Of a DNA stretch of 64,000 bases, positions 9,456 through 18,430 are shown one piece after another. Every line of letters starts with the position of its first letter. Within the stretch, counting starts at the first letter, position 1. The stretch comes from an uncultured Candidatus Entotheonella sp. (GTDB taxonomy: Bacteria; Tectomicrobia; Entotheonellia; Entotheonellales; Entotheonellaceae), in assembly GCA_965217185.1 (NCBI GenBank), contig OZ244252.1, positions 3,744,001 to 3,808,000 on the forward strand, written 5' to 3'. The translations under genes and the position numbers were made by a program. Under the pieces are notes generated by a model, which saw nothing but the letters and a program-made list of their open reading frames with translations, did not search any database and had not been told where the DNA came from.

Positions 9456-9743
9456 TACACCTTTCCGCACATAGGGAAGGCCAACATTATCCCAAACTAT
9501 GGGGATTTCATTCCCGGTACATGATTCGGAGCATGATCTAATACATCGCGAAAGGGCTTCCCGCTGCTGTGGTCGTGTCAGCGCTCGACAGGCATCTAAA
9601 GCCGTCTCAGTGATTCTATACTCGGTACATCCTTTGCAATCAAAGCGCTCGGCGTCAGCCTCGGCTTTCCCTCGGGGCATCCTACGACATTCAGCACTTT
9701 GACAAACAGGACACTCGCATTTCTTAGGTACATTCGGATTCAT
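9450..9743 (-). CDS. small Cys-rich (zinc-ribbon-like) protein (cassette 3)
   Basis: AGGAG RBS before ATG 9743; CECPVC...CKGC motifs; its TGA lies inside site 3. Confidence 0.65.
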   Translation of the reverse strand: MNPNVPKKCECPVCQSAECRRMPRGKAEADAERFDCKGCTEYRITETALDACRALTRPQQREALSRCIRSCSESCTGNEIPIVWDNVGLPYVRKGVR

Positions 9744-9761
9744 AGTTTGTCTCCTCTCCGA

Positions 9762-9789
9762 ACTTCTAATAACCCCCAACTAAGGATGG
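9762..9789 (+). other. degenerate dif-like site 4 (intact left arm ACTTCTAATAA, eroded right arm)
   Basis: Left arm matches sites 1-3 and is followed by CCCCCA, but no TTATGT; lies exactly between cassettes 3 and 4. Confidence 0.5.
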
Positions 9790-9798
9790 CATGCAACT

Positions 9799-10065
9799 GT
9801 GATGAAGAGCTGGTTCGTCGCTAGTTTAATGGTCGTCGTATTGTCGGGTTGCGCGGATATCTACTCACCGCGAAGCTACTCTGATGCTCCCGTCCCACTT
9901 GCGCCAATCATTTCACATCAAGGTCAAAAAGTTTACAGCGCGGATGAATGTGTGGGCGCTGTAGTCAACGGAGTATGTCACGGCACAATCATCCCGAAGA
10001 CGGGTTATCACAAGACGTGCTATGGAGAAATGTTGTTTGGCCGTTGTACTGGCCCGATGTTCTGA
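9799..10065 (+). CDS. small lipoprotein (cassette 4)
   Basis: Signal peptide with LSGC lipobox, four further Cys; its TGA lies inside site 5. Confidence 0.75.
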   Translation: MMKSWFVASLMVVVLSGCADIYSPRSYSDAPVPLAPIISHQGQKVYSADECVGAVVNGVCHGTIIPKTGYHKTCYGEMLFGRCTGPMF

Positions 10066-10086
10066 TAAGACCATTATATGTAAACT
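10058..10086 (+). other. dif-like XerC/XerD site 5: TGTTCTGATAA-GACCATT-ATATGTAAACT
   Basis: Right arm is 1 nt from the Bacillus dif arm TTATGTAAACT; same orientation; marks the end of the AT-rich block. Confidence 0.7.
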
Positions 10087-10386
10087 TTCGTATGCGCTGA
10101 AACCCGCATAGATAATGGCTTTGCGCGTTTCGTCGGATACGCCGAGGCGAATTCCCCACCGGAAAGGGCGATTTTGGCCGTTTCGGGCGAAAACGGTGGG
10201 GCGGCTATGAACCTGAAGGGCTTTCCTGCACCCCTCAGTGGGGTATTCGTGGGAGTTTCGCGGCGTCGTGCTTCAGACCGGACGCGGGTCGCGGACACTA
10301 GCAGCGGCCCGGAAACGGCAGGGATTTCCCGCTTCAGGGGGAGGGCAACGCCGCCGTCACGACAGGTAAGCCCGCAGGAATACCGC

Positions 10387-11389
10387 TCACGTCCAGGGCA
10401 GGAACACGGTGGCGCCTGTGGTCTCCCTCGCTTCGAGCGCCCGGTGTGCCTCGGCGGCCTCCGAGAGCGGGTAGACGTGGTTCACGGCGGGCCGCACGAC
10501 TCCCTGCCCGAGGACCTCGAACAGTTCTTCCCCGCTGCGCTCCAGGGCGTCGCGCGTTCCGAGGTAGTGCATGATGGCGGGACGGGTGAGAAAGAGGGAG
10601 CCGCGCGCGCCGAGCTCGATGACGTCAACGGGGTCGGGAGGGCCCGGAGGCGTGGCCGTAGCTCGCCATCATGCCGAGCGGGCGCAGGCAATCGAGCGAA
10701 CGGCGGAACGTGTCCTTGCCGATCGATTCGTAGACGACGGCGCAGCCCTCGCCGTTCGTCACTTCGCGGACGGTGGCGACGAAATCCCCCTCGCCATGGA
10801 TGACGACGTGCTCCGCCCCTGCCGCGCGGGCCTGTTCTGCTTTCACCGCCGAGCTCACGGTGCCGATGACGATCGCCCCCAGATACTTCGCCCACTGGCA
10901 GAGCAGCAGCCCCGTGGCGCCTGCGGCGGCGTGGACGAGCACGACGTCGCCCCGCTCCACGCGATACGTCCGCCGCACGAGGTATTGCACGGTCAGGCCC
11001 TTGAGCATCGAGGCAGCGAGAATGCGGTCGTCGAGATGGTCGAGGGAGGCCGGCACCTTGAGGAGATTCGCCGCCGGATAGTTGCGCACCTGGCTGTAGG
11101 CGCCGTGGGGCGGCAGCGCATAGGCGACCCGATCGCCCGCTGCAAACCCGGTGACGCCGGGTCCGACCTCCTCGACGCGGCCGGCGCCCTCGAAGCCGAG
11201 CACGACCGGCAGCGGCGGCACCGGCCACGGGTGCGGTATGCCGCGGCGGTGATAGGTATCGACGAAGTTGAGCCCGACCGCCTCATTGCGCAGCCGAACT
11301 TCGCCGGGGCCGGGCGCCGGTATGTCGATGGACTCCCAGCGCAACACCTCGGGCGTGCCCTTCTCGTGGATCACCGCTGCCATCGGCAT
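10387..11389 (-). pseudogene. qor: NADPH:quinone oxidoreductase (Qor-like), frameshifted
   Basis: GLNFVDTYHRRG, LGFEGAG, HAAAGATG, YGHASG. Deleting one base at the G run 10640-10642 restores GPPDPVDVIELGARGSLFLTRPAIMHY and joins ORFs 10625..11551 and 10387..10572. May be a sequencing error. Confidence 0.85.
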
Positions 11390-11444
11390 CGCTTGCTTTC
11401 CTCCTGCGTTATAGAACCCCTTCGCTGGGCCGGAAACCTCGGCT

Positions 11445-12617
11445 TCAGGGCGTGGTGGCGCGCATCGAGCCGGGGTGCCCGGGCAGCGCCAGCCTGCGGC
11501 CCGTATCGACGATCTGACCGTCCTGCACCTTGAACACGCTGACGTCGGCATCCAGCAGGTTGGCGACCAGCAGCCAGCGGCCGTCCGGGCTGAAGGCCAG
11601 CGCTTCGGGGACGCCGCCGGCCGGGAGTTCTGCCACGTGGCGTACGCCCGAGTCGCTGATCTCGAACACCTGGATGCAGCCCGGGCTGCGCAGAAACCAG
11701 GCGTCCGGCGGCGCGTCGCTGCCGCACAGATTGCCGGTCACCGCCAGGCGGCTATCCGGGCTGATGGTGATGCCCTCCGGCGCGTCGCCCGCCGCCAGGT
11801 GGTCGATGACGCGCGGCGGGTTGTGCTGCAAGTCGATCACGGTGATCGAGTCGATGTTTCCGTCGGAGCGCCCGTTGTTGCCGGTGTTGGCCACGATGGC
11901 TAGGCGCCCGTCGGGGGTGATGTCGGCGTTGTACGGGTAGTCGCCAACCGCCAGGTCCGGTCCAACGAGGGTAATCTCAGTGCCGTCGATGGCCAGAAAC
12001 GACACCTGGTCCGTGCTGGCCTTGTTGATCATCGCGCGTTTGCCGTCCGGCGTGAACGCCACGTGGGTGACCTGATCGCCCGTCTCCACCTTGCCCTCGA
12101 AACGCACCTGCTTGCCCGCGATGCTGAGCACCGACACGGATGTCTCGGCGCGGTTGGCGACGAGCGCCATACGCCCGTCTGGGCTGATGGCCATGCCGGA
12201 GGGCTGGCTGCCCACGGTGAGGGTGTCGATGACCCGCGGCGGGTCCGCCTCCAGGTCGATGACGTGCAGCTTGTCGCTGGGCATGAACTTGGGTGGCGAG
12301 GCGTCGGGATCGATCATTACGGCTTCCGCCACCAGCGCCAGGCGGTTGTCCGCCGTGACGGCCAGATTGGTCGGCGGGCCAAAGATGCTGTTCGGCACCT
12401 CAACGGTGGCGCGCAGCGTCGGGCCGTCCGGGCCGATGTCGATGATGGACACGGATTGCATGCCCTGCGGGTCGATCTGCAGCTTGCCGTCGACAACCAG
12501 GGCCTTGTTGTCGTTGCCCGCGATGACCACCTGCGCCAGCGGGGTCGAGGGGAATTGGACGGCCAGCACAACGGCCAGCGGCGCCAGCAGCCAACGAATG
12601 CTTGGAATGGTTCTCAT
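11445..12617 (-). CDS. exported YncE/lactonase-like beta-propeller protein
   Basis: Signal peptide followed by repeated (S/T)PDGR blades with SVSVL/VIDL strands; GGAG RBS before ATG 12617. Confidence 0.8.
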   Translation of the reverse strand: MRTIPSIRWLLAPLAVVLAVQFPSTPLAQVVIAGNDNKALVVDGKLQIDPQGMQSVSIIDIGPDGPTLRATVEVPNSIFGPPTNLAVTADNRLALVAEAVMIDPDASPPKFMPSDKLHVIDLEADPPRVIDTLTVGSQPSGMAISPDGRMALVANRAETSVSVLSIAGKQVRFEGKVETGDQVTHVAFTPDGKRAMINKASTDQVSFLAIDGTEITLVGPDLAVGDYPYNADITPDGRLAIVANTGNNGRSDGNIDSITVIDLQHNPPRVIDHLAAGDAPEGITISPDSRLAVTGNLCGSDAPPDAWFLRSPGCIQVFEISDSGVRHVAELPAGGVPEALAFSPDGRWLLVANLLDADVSVFKVQDGQIVDTGRRLALPGHPGSMRATTP

Positions 12618-12790
12618 GGTGGTGGGACTCCTCCAGCAAAATGCCGCGTGATGTTTTCTTTGGGGTCGTTTCAGGGCAGCGATTATAGCACGCCGGGGTG
12701 CGGTCGCCTCTGGCGGTTGGCATCCCTGTCCCCTATGATGGGCGCTTCCTTCGTTACCGAATGGGGCACTCATCACAGAAGGGGGAACGT

Positions 12791-13579
12791 ATGGATCGGG
12801 TAGCTGCCGCGGCCGACTTCCTGGCGGAGTTGCGGCGTACACGGAGCGTTGCGGAGGCGCTGCCGGAAACCTGCCGACCGGTGGAAGCGTCCGAAGCCTA
12901 CGCCGTGCAGGCCGCCCTCGTCGAGCGGCTCCTGGCGCCGTCGCACGGGCACGCGGTGGGCTACAAAGTGGCGTGCACCAACAAGTTGGCGCAAGACCTG
13001 CTGCGCGTCGACGGACCGTTCTGCGGCCGGCTGTTGTCACCGACGGTCTATGCGGCGCCGGCCCGCCTGTCCGCCGGTGACTTCGTGCATCGCATCCTCG
13101 AAGCGGAATTCGCTTTCGAGATGGCCGACACGGTGCCTGCAGCCGCCGAGCCTTACACCGCGGAGTCCATTGCCCCCTTCGTGCGCGCCATCCTGCCGGC
13201 TATCGAGATCGTCGATTGGCACTACGTGGACTGGACTGCGGCCGGGGCGCTGTCGCTGATTGCCGACAACGCCATCCACGGCGCCTGGATCGCCGGTGAG
13301 CCGTACGCGGCATGGCGCGATCTGGATTTGGCCACGCACGAGGTGCGGCTCATCGTCAACGGCCAGGTCATCACACAAGGCAACGGCGCCGCGGTGCTGG
13401 GGCATCCGCTCAACGTGATGGCGTGGCTGGCTAACGAGTTGCCCAAATACGGCAGCGCCCTCAAGGCCGGCGACCGGGTCAGCACCGGCGTGTGCACGGA
13501 CGTTTACGGGGGGAAGGCCGGCGACCGCGTGCGGGCCGATTTTGGCGTCCTGGGTGGGGTGGATCTGGTCTTCGATTAG
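12791..13579 (+). CDS. 2-keto-4-pentenoate hydratase-like (FAH family)
   Basis: AYAVQ, GYKVACT, EAEFAF, PAIEIVD, IADNA, VLGHPLN, LKAGDRVSTG. Confidence 0.9.
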   Translation: MDRVAAAADFLAELRRTRSVAEALPETCRPVEASEAYAVQAALVERLLAPSHGHAVGYKVACTNKLAQDLLRVDGPFCGRLLSPTVYAAPARLSAGDFVHRILEAEFAFEMADTVPAAAEPYTAESIAPFVRAILPAIEIVDWHYVDWTAAGALSLIADNAIHGAWIAGEPYAAWRDLDLATHEVRLIVNGQVITQGNGAAVLGHPLNVMAWLANELPKYGSALKAGDRVSTGVCTDVYGGKAGDRVRADFGVLGGVDLVFD

Positions 13580-13592
13580 CCGGGGGGAATGG

Positions 13593-14150
13593 GTGCGCGT
13601 CACGGTCGCAAGCTGCGGCATTCTACTTGCCTTGCTGGTTTTCAACGCCTTTAGTCCCCTGGCGGCGCAGGAACGCCCGCAAATCCCGTCCGAATCACGG
13701 CAGGAAGCGTTGTGGCAATACGCGGTGAGGCTCGGCAAGGGCAACGGCCTCATTGCGCGGCCCGCCATCCGCCTGGTGGAACTCGACAAGGGCGCCGCCA
13801 TGGCCGACCTTCGGAAGGGCGAGGTGCACCTGCATCCGGTGCACGCTTTTTCCGGTGTGCCGCGCATCGTCGAGCTTTATCTGGCGCACGAATACCTGCA
13901 TTTCGTGCTCTACTACAAGGGCATGCCCGCTGCCGTGCAGCACTGCTGGATGGCCCGCAAGCGCATCGAAAACACGCTGACGTTCGATTTTCTCGACCGC
14001 ATCGGCCAGCACGGCACACTGCGGCGCTCCATGCTCAAGCACGCCACCTTCATTTCCTGGAAGTGGCGCCAGCAGTGCCAGGAAACCAGCGGCTGGTGGC
14101 ACCCCCGAGTCTTGCGCCAAGGAGTAGACGTACCGCGCTTGGCGAACTGA
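13593..14150 (+). CDS. hypothetical exported protein with HExxH motif
   Basis: Probable GTG start; signal peptide ending PLAA; LAHEYLHF motif. Confidence 0.55.
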   Translation: MRVTVASCGILLALLVFNAFSPLAAQERPQIPSESRQEALWQYAVRLGKGNGLIARPAIRLVELDKGAAMADLRKGEVHLHPVHAFSGVPRIVELYLAHEYLHFVLYYKGMPAAVQHCWMARKRIENTLTFDFLDRIGQHGTLRRSMLKHATFISWKWRQQCQETSGWWHPRVLRQGVDVPRLAN

Positions 14151-14177
14151 AGTGGCTTCATCTGGAGGACCGAACAG

Positions 14178-14405
14178 ATGGATGATGTCCTGACCCTGAC
14201 CCAGATCGAGGCGCAATTCGCGTCGGAGTGGGTGCTCGTAGAAGATCCGCAGACCAATGAAGCCCTGGAAGTGCAGAGTGGCAAGGTGCGCTGGCATAGC
14301 AAGGACCGAGATGAGGTCTATCGCAAAGCTGTGGTGTTGTGCCCCAAACGATTTGCCATTCTGTATACTGGGACAATGCCGCAAGGCACGGCAATCGTCT
14401 TATGA
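14178..14405 (+). CDS. DUF5678-like small protein
   Basis: EWVLVED...GKVRWHSKDRDEVYRKA pattern; GGAGG RBS; ATGA overlap with the next gene. Confidence 0.65.
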   Translation: MDDVLTLTQIEAQFASEWVLVEDPQTNEALEVQSGKVRWHSKDRDEVYRKAVVLCPKRFAILYTGTMPQGTAIVL

Positions 14406-14713
14406 GTTTCCCCTTCGATCCTCAACAGGGATTGATCACTGTCCGTGCAGAGTTGTGGGGGCCGACTGGCAGCGCCGTACTCCGTCTCGCCATCGACACT
14501 GGAGCAACGGGCACGGTAGTTAACGTCGGTATGTTGGTTGCCATTGGCTACGACCCGGCATTGGTGCCAGACCGCGTCCAAGTGACCACGGGAAGCGGTG
14601 TTGAGTTTGCGCCACGCGTCGTGCTCGACCGGATCATGGCTTTCGGTCTCGATTTCTTTTCTGGGCGGTGTTTGACTATTGATTTTCATGCTGGACACGT
14701 AACATTTACCTGA
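14402..14713 (+). CDS. retropepsin-like (clan AA) aspartyl protease, apparently internally shortened
   Basis: AIDTGAT catalytic motif, GLDFF C-terminal motif; only 103 aa. Confidence 0.75.
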   Translation: MSFPFDPQQGLITVRAELWGPTGSAVLRLAIDTGATGTVVNVGMLVAIGYDPALVPDRVQVTTGSGVEFAPRVVLDRIMAFGLDFFSGRCLTIDFHAGHVTFT

Positions 14714-14836
14714 AAGCGTTAAAACGCGAGGCATTTCAGGTCTTTTTTGCACCGGCAGGGCGTCGTCGGAATACTGGGTCGCCTTGGGCCCCTGCGCCAT
14801 CGGATCGTACAGAGGGAAGAATGGAGAGAACTGACT

Positions 14837-15616
14837 ATGGCATACGAGTTTGCGACCTATGAGAAAAAAGGCCGCATTGCGACCGTGACGATCAAGCGCC
14901 CGGAACGCATGAATGCCCTGCATCCGCCCGCCAACCTGGAGCTTCATGAGATCTGGAACGACTTTCAGAACGACCCCGAGGTATGGATCGGCATCCTCAC
15001 CGGCAGCGGCGACAAGGCGTTCTCGGCGGGCAACGATCTGAAATACACGGCGGAACACGGCCTGGGCATGGTGCGCGTCGGCGAGAGCGGCTTCGGCGGC
15101 TTGGCCAAGCGCACGGATTGTTGGAAGCCGATCATCGCCGCGGTCAATGGCTTCGCGCTCGGCGGCGGCTTCGAGATGGCATTGTCGTGCGACATCATCA
15201 TCGCCGCCGATCACGCCCGTCTCGGCCTGCCCGAGCCGCGCGTCGGGCTGATGGCGGGCGCCGGCGGGGTGCACCGGCTGCCGCGCATGATGCCGCAGAA
15301 GATCGCCATGGGCTACATCCTGACCGGTCGCCACATGACGGCGCAGGAAGCGCACCGCTGGGGCATCGTCAACGAGGTGGTGCCGCTCGCCGACCTCATG
15401 CCCACCGTCCACCGCTGGGCGCAGGACATCCTGGAGGGCGCGCCGCTGTCCATCCGGGCCAGCAAGCAGGCGGCGATGATGGGGCTCGGCCATCCGCTGG
15501 ATATTGCCCTCAACCTGGAGTATACCCAGAGCACCGCCATGCGGCGTTCCGAGGACGTTGTCGAGGGGCCGAAAGCCTTTGCCGAGAAACGCAAGCCGAA
15601 CTGGAAGGGCCGCTAA
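14837..15616 (+). CDS. enoyl-CoA hydratase/carnitinyl-CoA dehydratase family
   Basis: AFSAGNDLK, KPIIAAVNGFALGGGFEMALSCD, GLPEPRVG, FAEKRKPNWKGR. Confidence 0.95.
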   Translation: MAYEFATYEKKGRIATVTIKRPERMNALHPPANLELHEIWNDFQNDPEVWIGILTGSGDKAFSAGNDLKYTAEHGLGMVRVGESGFGGLAKRTDCWKPIIAAVNGFALGGGFEMALSCDIIIAADHARLGLPEPRVGLMAGAGGVHRLPRMMPQKIAMGYILTGRHMTAQEAHRWGIVNEVVPLADLMPTVHRWAQDILEGAPLSIRASKQAAMMGLGHPLDIALNLEYTQSTAMRRSEDVVEGPKAFAEKRKPNWKGR

Positions 15617-15640
15617 GGCGCCCCCGCTGCGAGAGGAACG

Positions 15641-16669
15641 ATGAGCGATTTGCTGCTTCCCACCACCGTCGTCGGCAGCCACGCCTATCCGGGCTGGTTC
15701 TTCACCGCCCTTGAGGAAATCGAGCAGGGCCGCTATGGCAGCACCGATGCCCGCGAGGCCGTGGACGACGCGGTCAACGCCGCCATCCTGGACCAGGAGC
15801 GCGCCGGCGTGGACATCATCTCGGACGGCGAAATGCGCCGCTGGTACTTCGTACAGAGCTTCTACCGCCGCATGGAGGGCCTCGAGCGTCTGCCGGAGCT
15901 ACGCAAGACGGGCGTTTACGGCTACGACATGCCGCCGCGCTACCGCCCGGTCGAGCCCGTGACCGTGCCGCAGGGGTTGGGCATCGTCGAGGAGGTGCGT
16001 TATGCCCGCCAAGTCGCGCGGCACCCCCTCAAGGTGACCTGTCCGGGTCCCCTGACCCTGAGCATCCACATTCAGACCCGTGATCAGTCGTTTTACAAAG
16101 ACCGCTTGGAGTTATGCTGGTCCTTCGTGCCGGTGATCAACGCCGAGCTCAAGGCACTGGTGGCCGAGGGGGTTGACTTCCTGCAGATCGACGAGCCCTC
16201 GTACGCCATCGTCCCCGGTACGGCCAAGGACTACCTCGACCTGTACAACGCCACTGTCGCCGGGGTGGAGGCCAAAATTGCCTTGCACGTGTGCTTCGGC
16301 AATCTGGGCAGCCGGCCGCGCGGCCCGCGGCGATACGCGCCGCTGTTTCCCACCTTTCACGAGGCGCGGGCGGATCAGTTCGTGCTGGAGTTCGCCAACC
16401 GCGAGATGAAGGAAATCGAACGCCTCAAGGAGTTTTGCGACGGGCGCGAGGTGGGGCTGGGCGTCGTGGACGTGAAGTCGTTCTACGTGGAGCCGGTGGA
16501 GGAGATTGCTGAGCGGATTCGCGAGGGCTTGCAGCACATCGGGCCTGAAAAGGTGTTCATCAATCCCGACTGCGGATTTTTCCAACTGCCGCGCTGGCTC
16601 ACCGTGCTGAAGCTGCGGCGCATGGTGGAAGCTACCCAATTGGTACGGCGTGAGCTGACCGGCGGGTAG
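15641..16669 (+). CDS. cobalamin-independent methionine synthase II family protein
   Basis: TTVVGS, ISDGEMRR, QIDEP, HVCFGN and NPDCG Zn-ligand motifs. Confidence 0.9.
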   Translation: MSDLLLPTTVVGSHAYPGWFFTALEEIEQGRYGSTDAREAVDDAVNAAILDQERAGVDIISDGEMRRWYFVQSFYRRMEGLERLPELRKTGVYGYDMPPRYRPVEPVTVPQGLGIVEEVRYARQVARHPLKVTCPGPLTLSIHIQTRDQSFYKDRLELCWSFVPVINAELKALVAEGVDFLQIDEPSYAIVPGTAKDYLDLYNATVAGVEAKIALHVCFGNLGSRPRGPRRYAPLFPTFHEARADQFVLEFANREMKEIERLKEFCDGREVGLGVVDVKSFYVEPVEEIAERIREGLQHIGPEKVFINPDCGFFQLPRWLTVLKLRRMVEATQLVRRELTGG

Positions 16670-16685
16670 GGAATTTTCGTGTCAT

Positions 16686-16716
16686 GTAGGTCGGATTAGC
16701 GAAGCGTAATCCGACA
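16686..16716 (+). repeat. GTAG-family REP element
   Basis: GTAG-GTCGGATTAGCGAAGCGTAATCCGAC-A palindrome; near-identical copies at 28573 and 54749. Confidence 0.9.
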
Positions 16717-16740
16717 TTCCACTGAGACGAGACGCAGAAC

Positions 16741-17166
16741 CTACCTGAAGATCAGGTCCTTCAAAATCATCCCAAGAAAGCCGAAGGCAATGAAGAAGTA
16801 GAGACCCACTAACCAGGAGCGTATTTGCGCGACGCTCTGATTCAGATCGTTGAAGCGTTGATTGACGCTCTGGTTCAGATCGCCAAAGCGTTGGTTGACG
16901 CTTTGATTCATGTCATCGAAGCGTTTATCAATTTGCTCGAAGCGTTTATCAATTTGCTCGAAGCGTTTGTCAACCTGCTCGAACCGCTCATGGATGGCGC
17001 TGATCGCAGCGCGCAGTTCAACGACGTCCGCCTTAGTTGCAACCTGGGCGGCAATTGCCGTACTCAGCACCTCATCGAGTTCTTCAACGAGAACCTGTGC
17101 CTGGGTCTCAGGCATGCCGCTGTCCGACAGCTTGGTTTTCAGTCTGAGTGTGTCAACGACGGGCAT
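16741..17166 (-). CDS. CCDC90/DUF1640-like membrane-anchored coiled-coil protein
   Basis: DTLRL...GMPETQAQ head, ATKAD neck, EQIDKRF and QSVNQRF repeats, C-terminal TM helix. Confidence 0.8.
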   Translation of the reverse strand: MPVVDTLRLKTKLSDSGMPETQAQVLVEELDEVLSTAIAAQVATKADVVELRAAISAIHERFEQVDKRFEQIDKRFEQIDKRFDDMNQSVNQRFGDLNQSVNQRFNDLNQSVAQIRSWLVGLYFFIAFGFLGMILKDLIFR

Positions 17167-17231
17167 TGCATGACTCCTCGGACGACTGCAAAAGTCTGGC
17201 AGATCACTCTATCACAGAGATGTGTTGGAAA

Positions 17232-18413
17232 TCACCGCATCGGCTCGAACACCAACGGGTAATGCTTGAGGCCGCGGAAGAACGGGTTGTCGACGCGCTC
17301 GATCATCCCGCTCGGCTCCGGCTCCACGCGGTGCATGCGGTGCAGGATCGTTTCGGTGGCGACGCGCGCTTCGAGGCGGGCCAGCGGGGCGCCGAGGCAG
17401 AAGTGAATGCCGATGCCGAATGCCAAGTGACGGTCGATCGGGCGTTCAATGTCGAAGCGATCCGGATCGGGGAACACTTCCGGGTCGCGATTGGCGGAGG
17501 CCCAGAGCAGCAGGACTTTGCTGTCGGCGGGGATCGTCACGCCCCGGACGTCGACCGCTTCCGTGGTGGTGCGAAAAGTGCCCTGGATGGGTGAATCGTA
17601 GCGCAGCACTTCCTCGATCATGCCGGGGATGAATTCGGGCTGTTGGCGCACCTTCAGGCCCTCTTCGGCGTTCGTGAAGAGTGCCAGCGCGCCGTTGCCG
17701 ATCAGGTTGGTGGTGGTCTCGTTGCCTGCTACGAGCAGCAGCAGGCAGGCGTTGAGAAGCTCGCTCAGGGTAAGCGCGTCGCGTTCTTCCTGCGCCTGCA
17801 CCAGCGCCGATACCAGATCGTCCCGCGGTGCGCGGCGACGCGCCTCGATCATCTCCACGGAGTAGGCCTTGAACGCCTCCCAGCTCTCCATGTACTGCGC
17901 CATCCGCGTTTCGTTCTGTCCGGCGGCCACGATGTGGATCACGTCGTCGGACCAGCGCTTGAAGTCGTCCCGGCGCTCCGGGTCAACGCCCAGCATCTCG
18001 GCAATGACGATCACCGGCAGCGGATAGGCCAGGTCCTGAACCAGATCAAACGCCCCCTTGCCAATCACCGCATCCAGTAGTTCGTCCGTGATCGCCCGGA
18101 TGCGCGGTTCCAGTTGCGACACCATGCGCGGCGTAAACGCCTTGCTGACGAGCTTGCGCAACCGCGTGTGCTCCGGCGGGTCCTTGGTAATCATGGACAC
18201 CCCCTCTTGGCGGTCCGGTCCGATACCCTGAGCCGAGGAGAAAATCTCGGGCCGCCGCGCTGCCCACTCGACGTCCGCGTAGCGGCTCAGCACCCAGAAA
18301 TCCAGTTCCGCATTGTGATACACCGGATGCTCGCGCCGCAGCCACTCGTAGGCGGGATACGGATTTTCCTTCACCTCGGGCACAAACGGGTTGTACGTCT
18401 GTATGGCGGCCAT
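17232..18413 (-). CDS. cytochrome P450
   Basis: AGNETT I-helix, EEVLR (ExxR), HLAFGIGIHFCLG heme-binding motif. Confidence 0.97.
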   Translation of the reverse strand: MAAIQTYNPFVPEVKENPYPAYEWLRREHPVYHNAELDFWVLSRYADVEWAARRPEIFSSAQGIGPDRQEGVSMITKDPPEHTRLRKLVSKAFTPRMVSQLEPRIRAITDELLDAVIGKGAFDLVQDLAYPLPVIVIAEMLGVDPERRDDFKRWSDDVIHIVAAGQNETRMAQYMESWEAFKAYSVEMIEARRRAPRDDLVSALVQAQEERDALTLSELLNACLLLLVAGNETTTNLIGNGALALFTNAEEGLKVRQQPEFIPGMIEEVLRYDSPIQGTFRTTTEAVDVRGVTIPADSKVLLLWASANRDPEVFPDPDRFDIERPIDRHLAFGIGIHFCLGAPLARLEARVATETILHRMHRVEPEPSGMIERVDNPFFRGLKHYPLVFEPMR

Positions 18414-18430
18414 CGTACCTCACTCCCCTT

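Noticed and set aside
8011..10086. Classical integron (attC) or CRISPR interpretation of the array
   Set aside because: No intI, no paired RYYYAAC...GTTRRRY boxes with long imperfect hairpins, and no cas genes. The spacers are gene-sized and the repeats have dif architecture.
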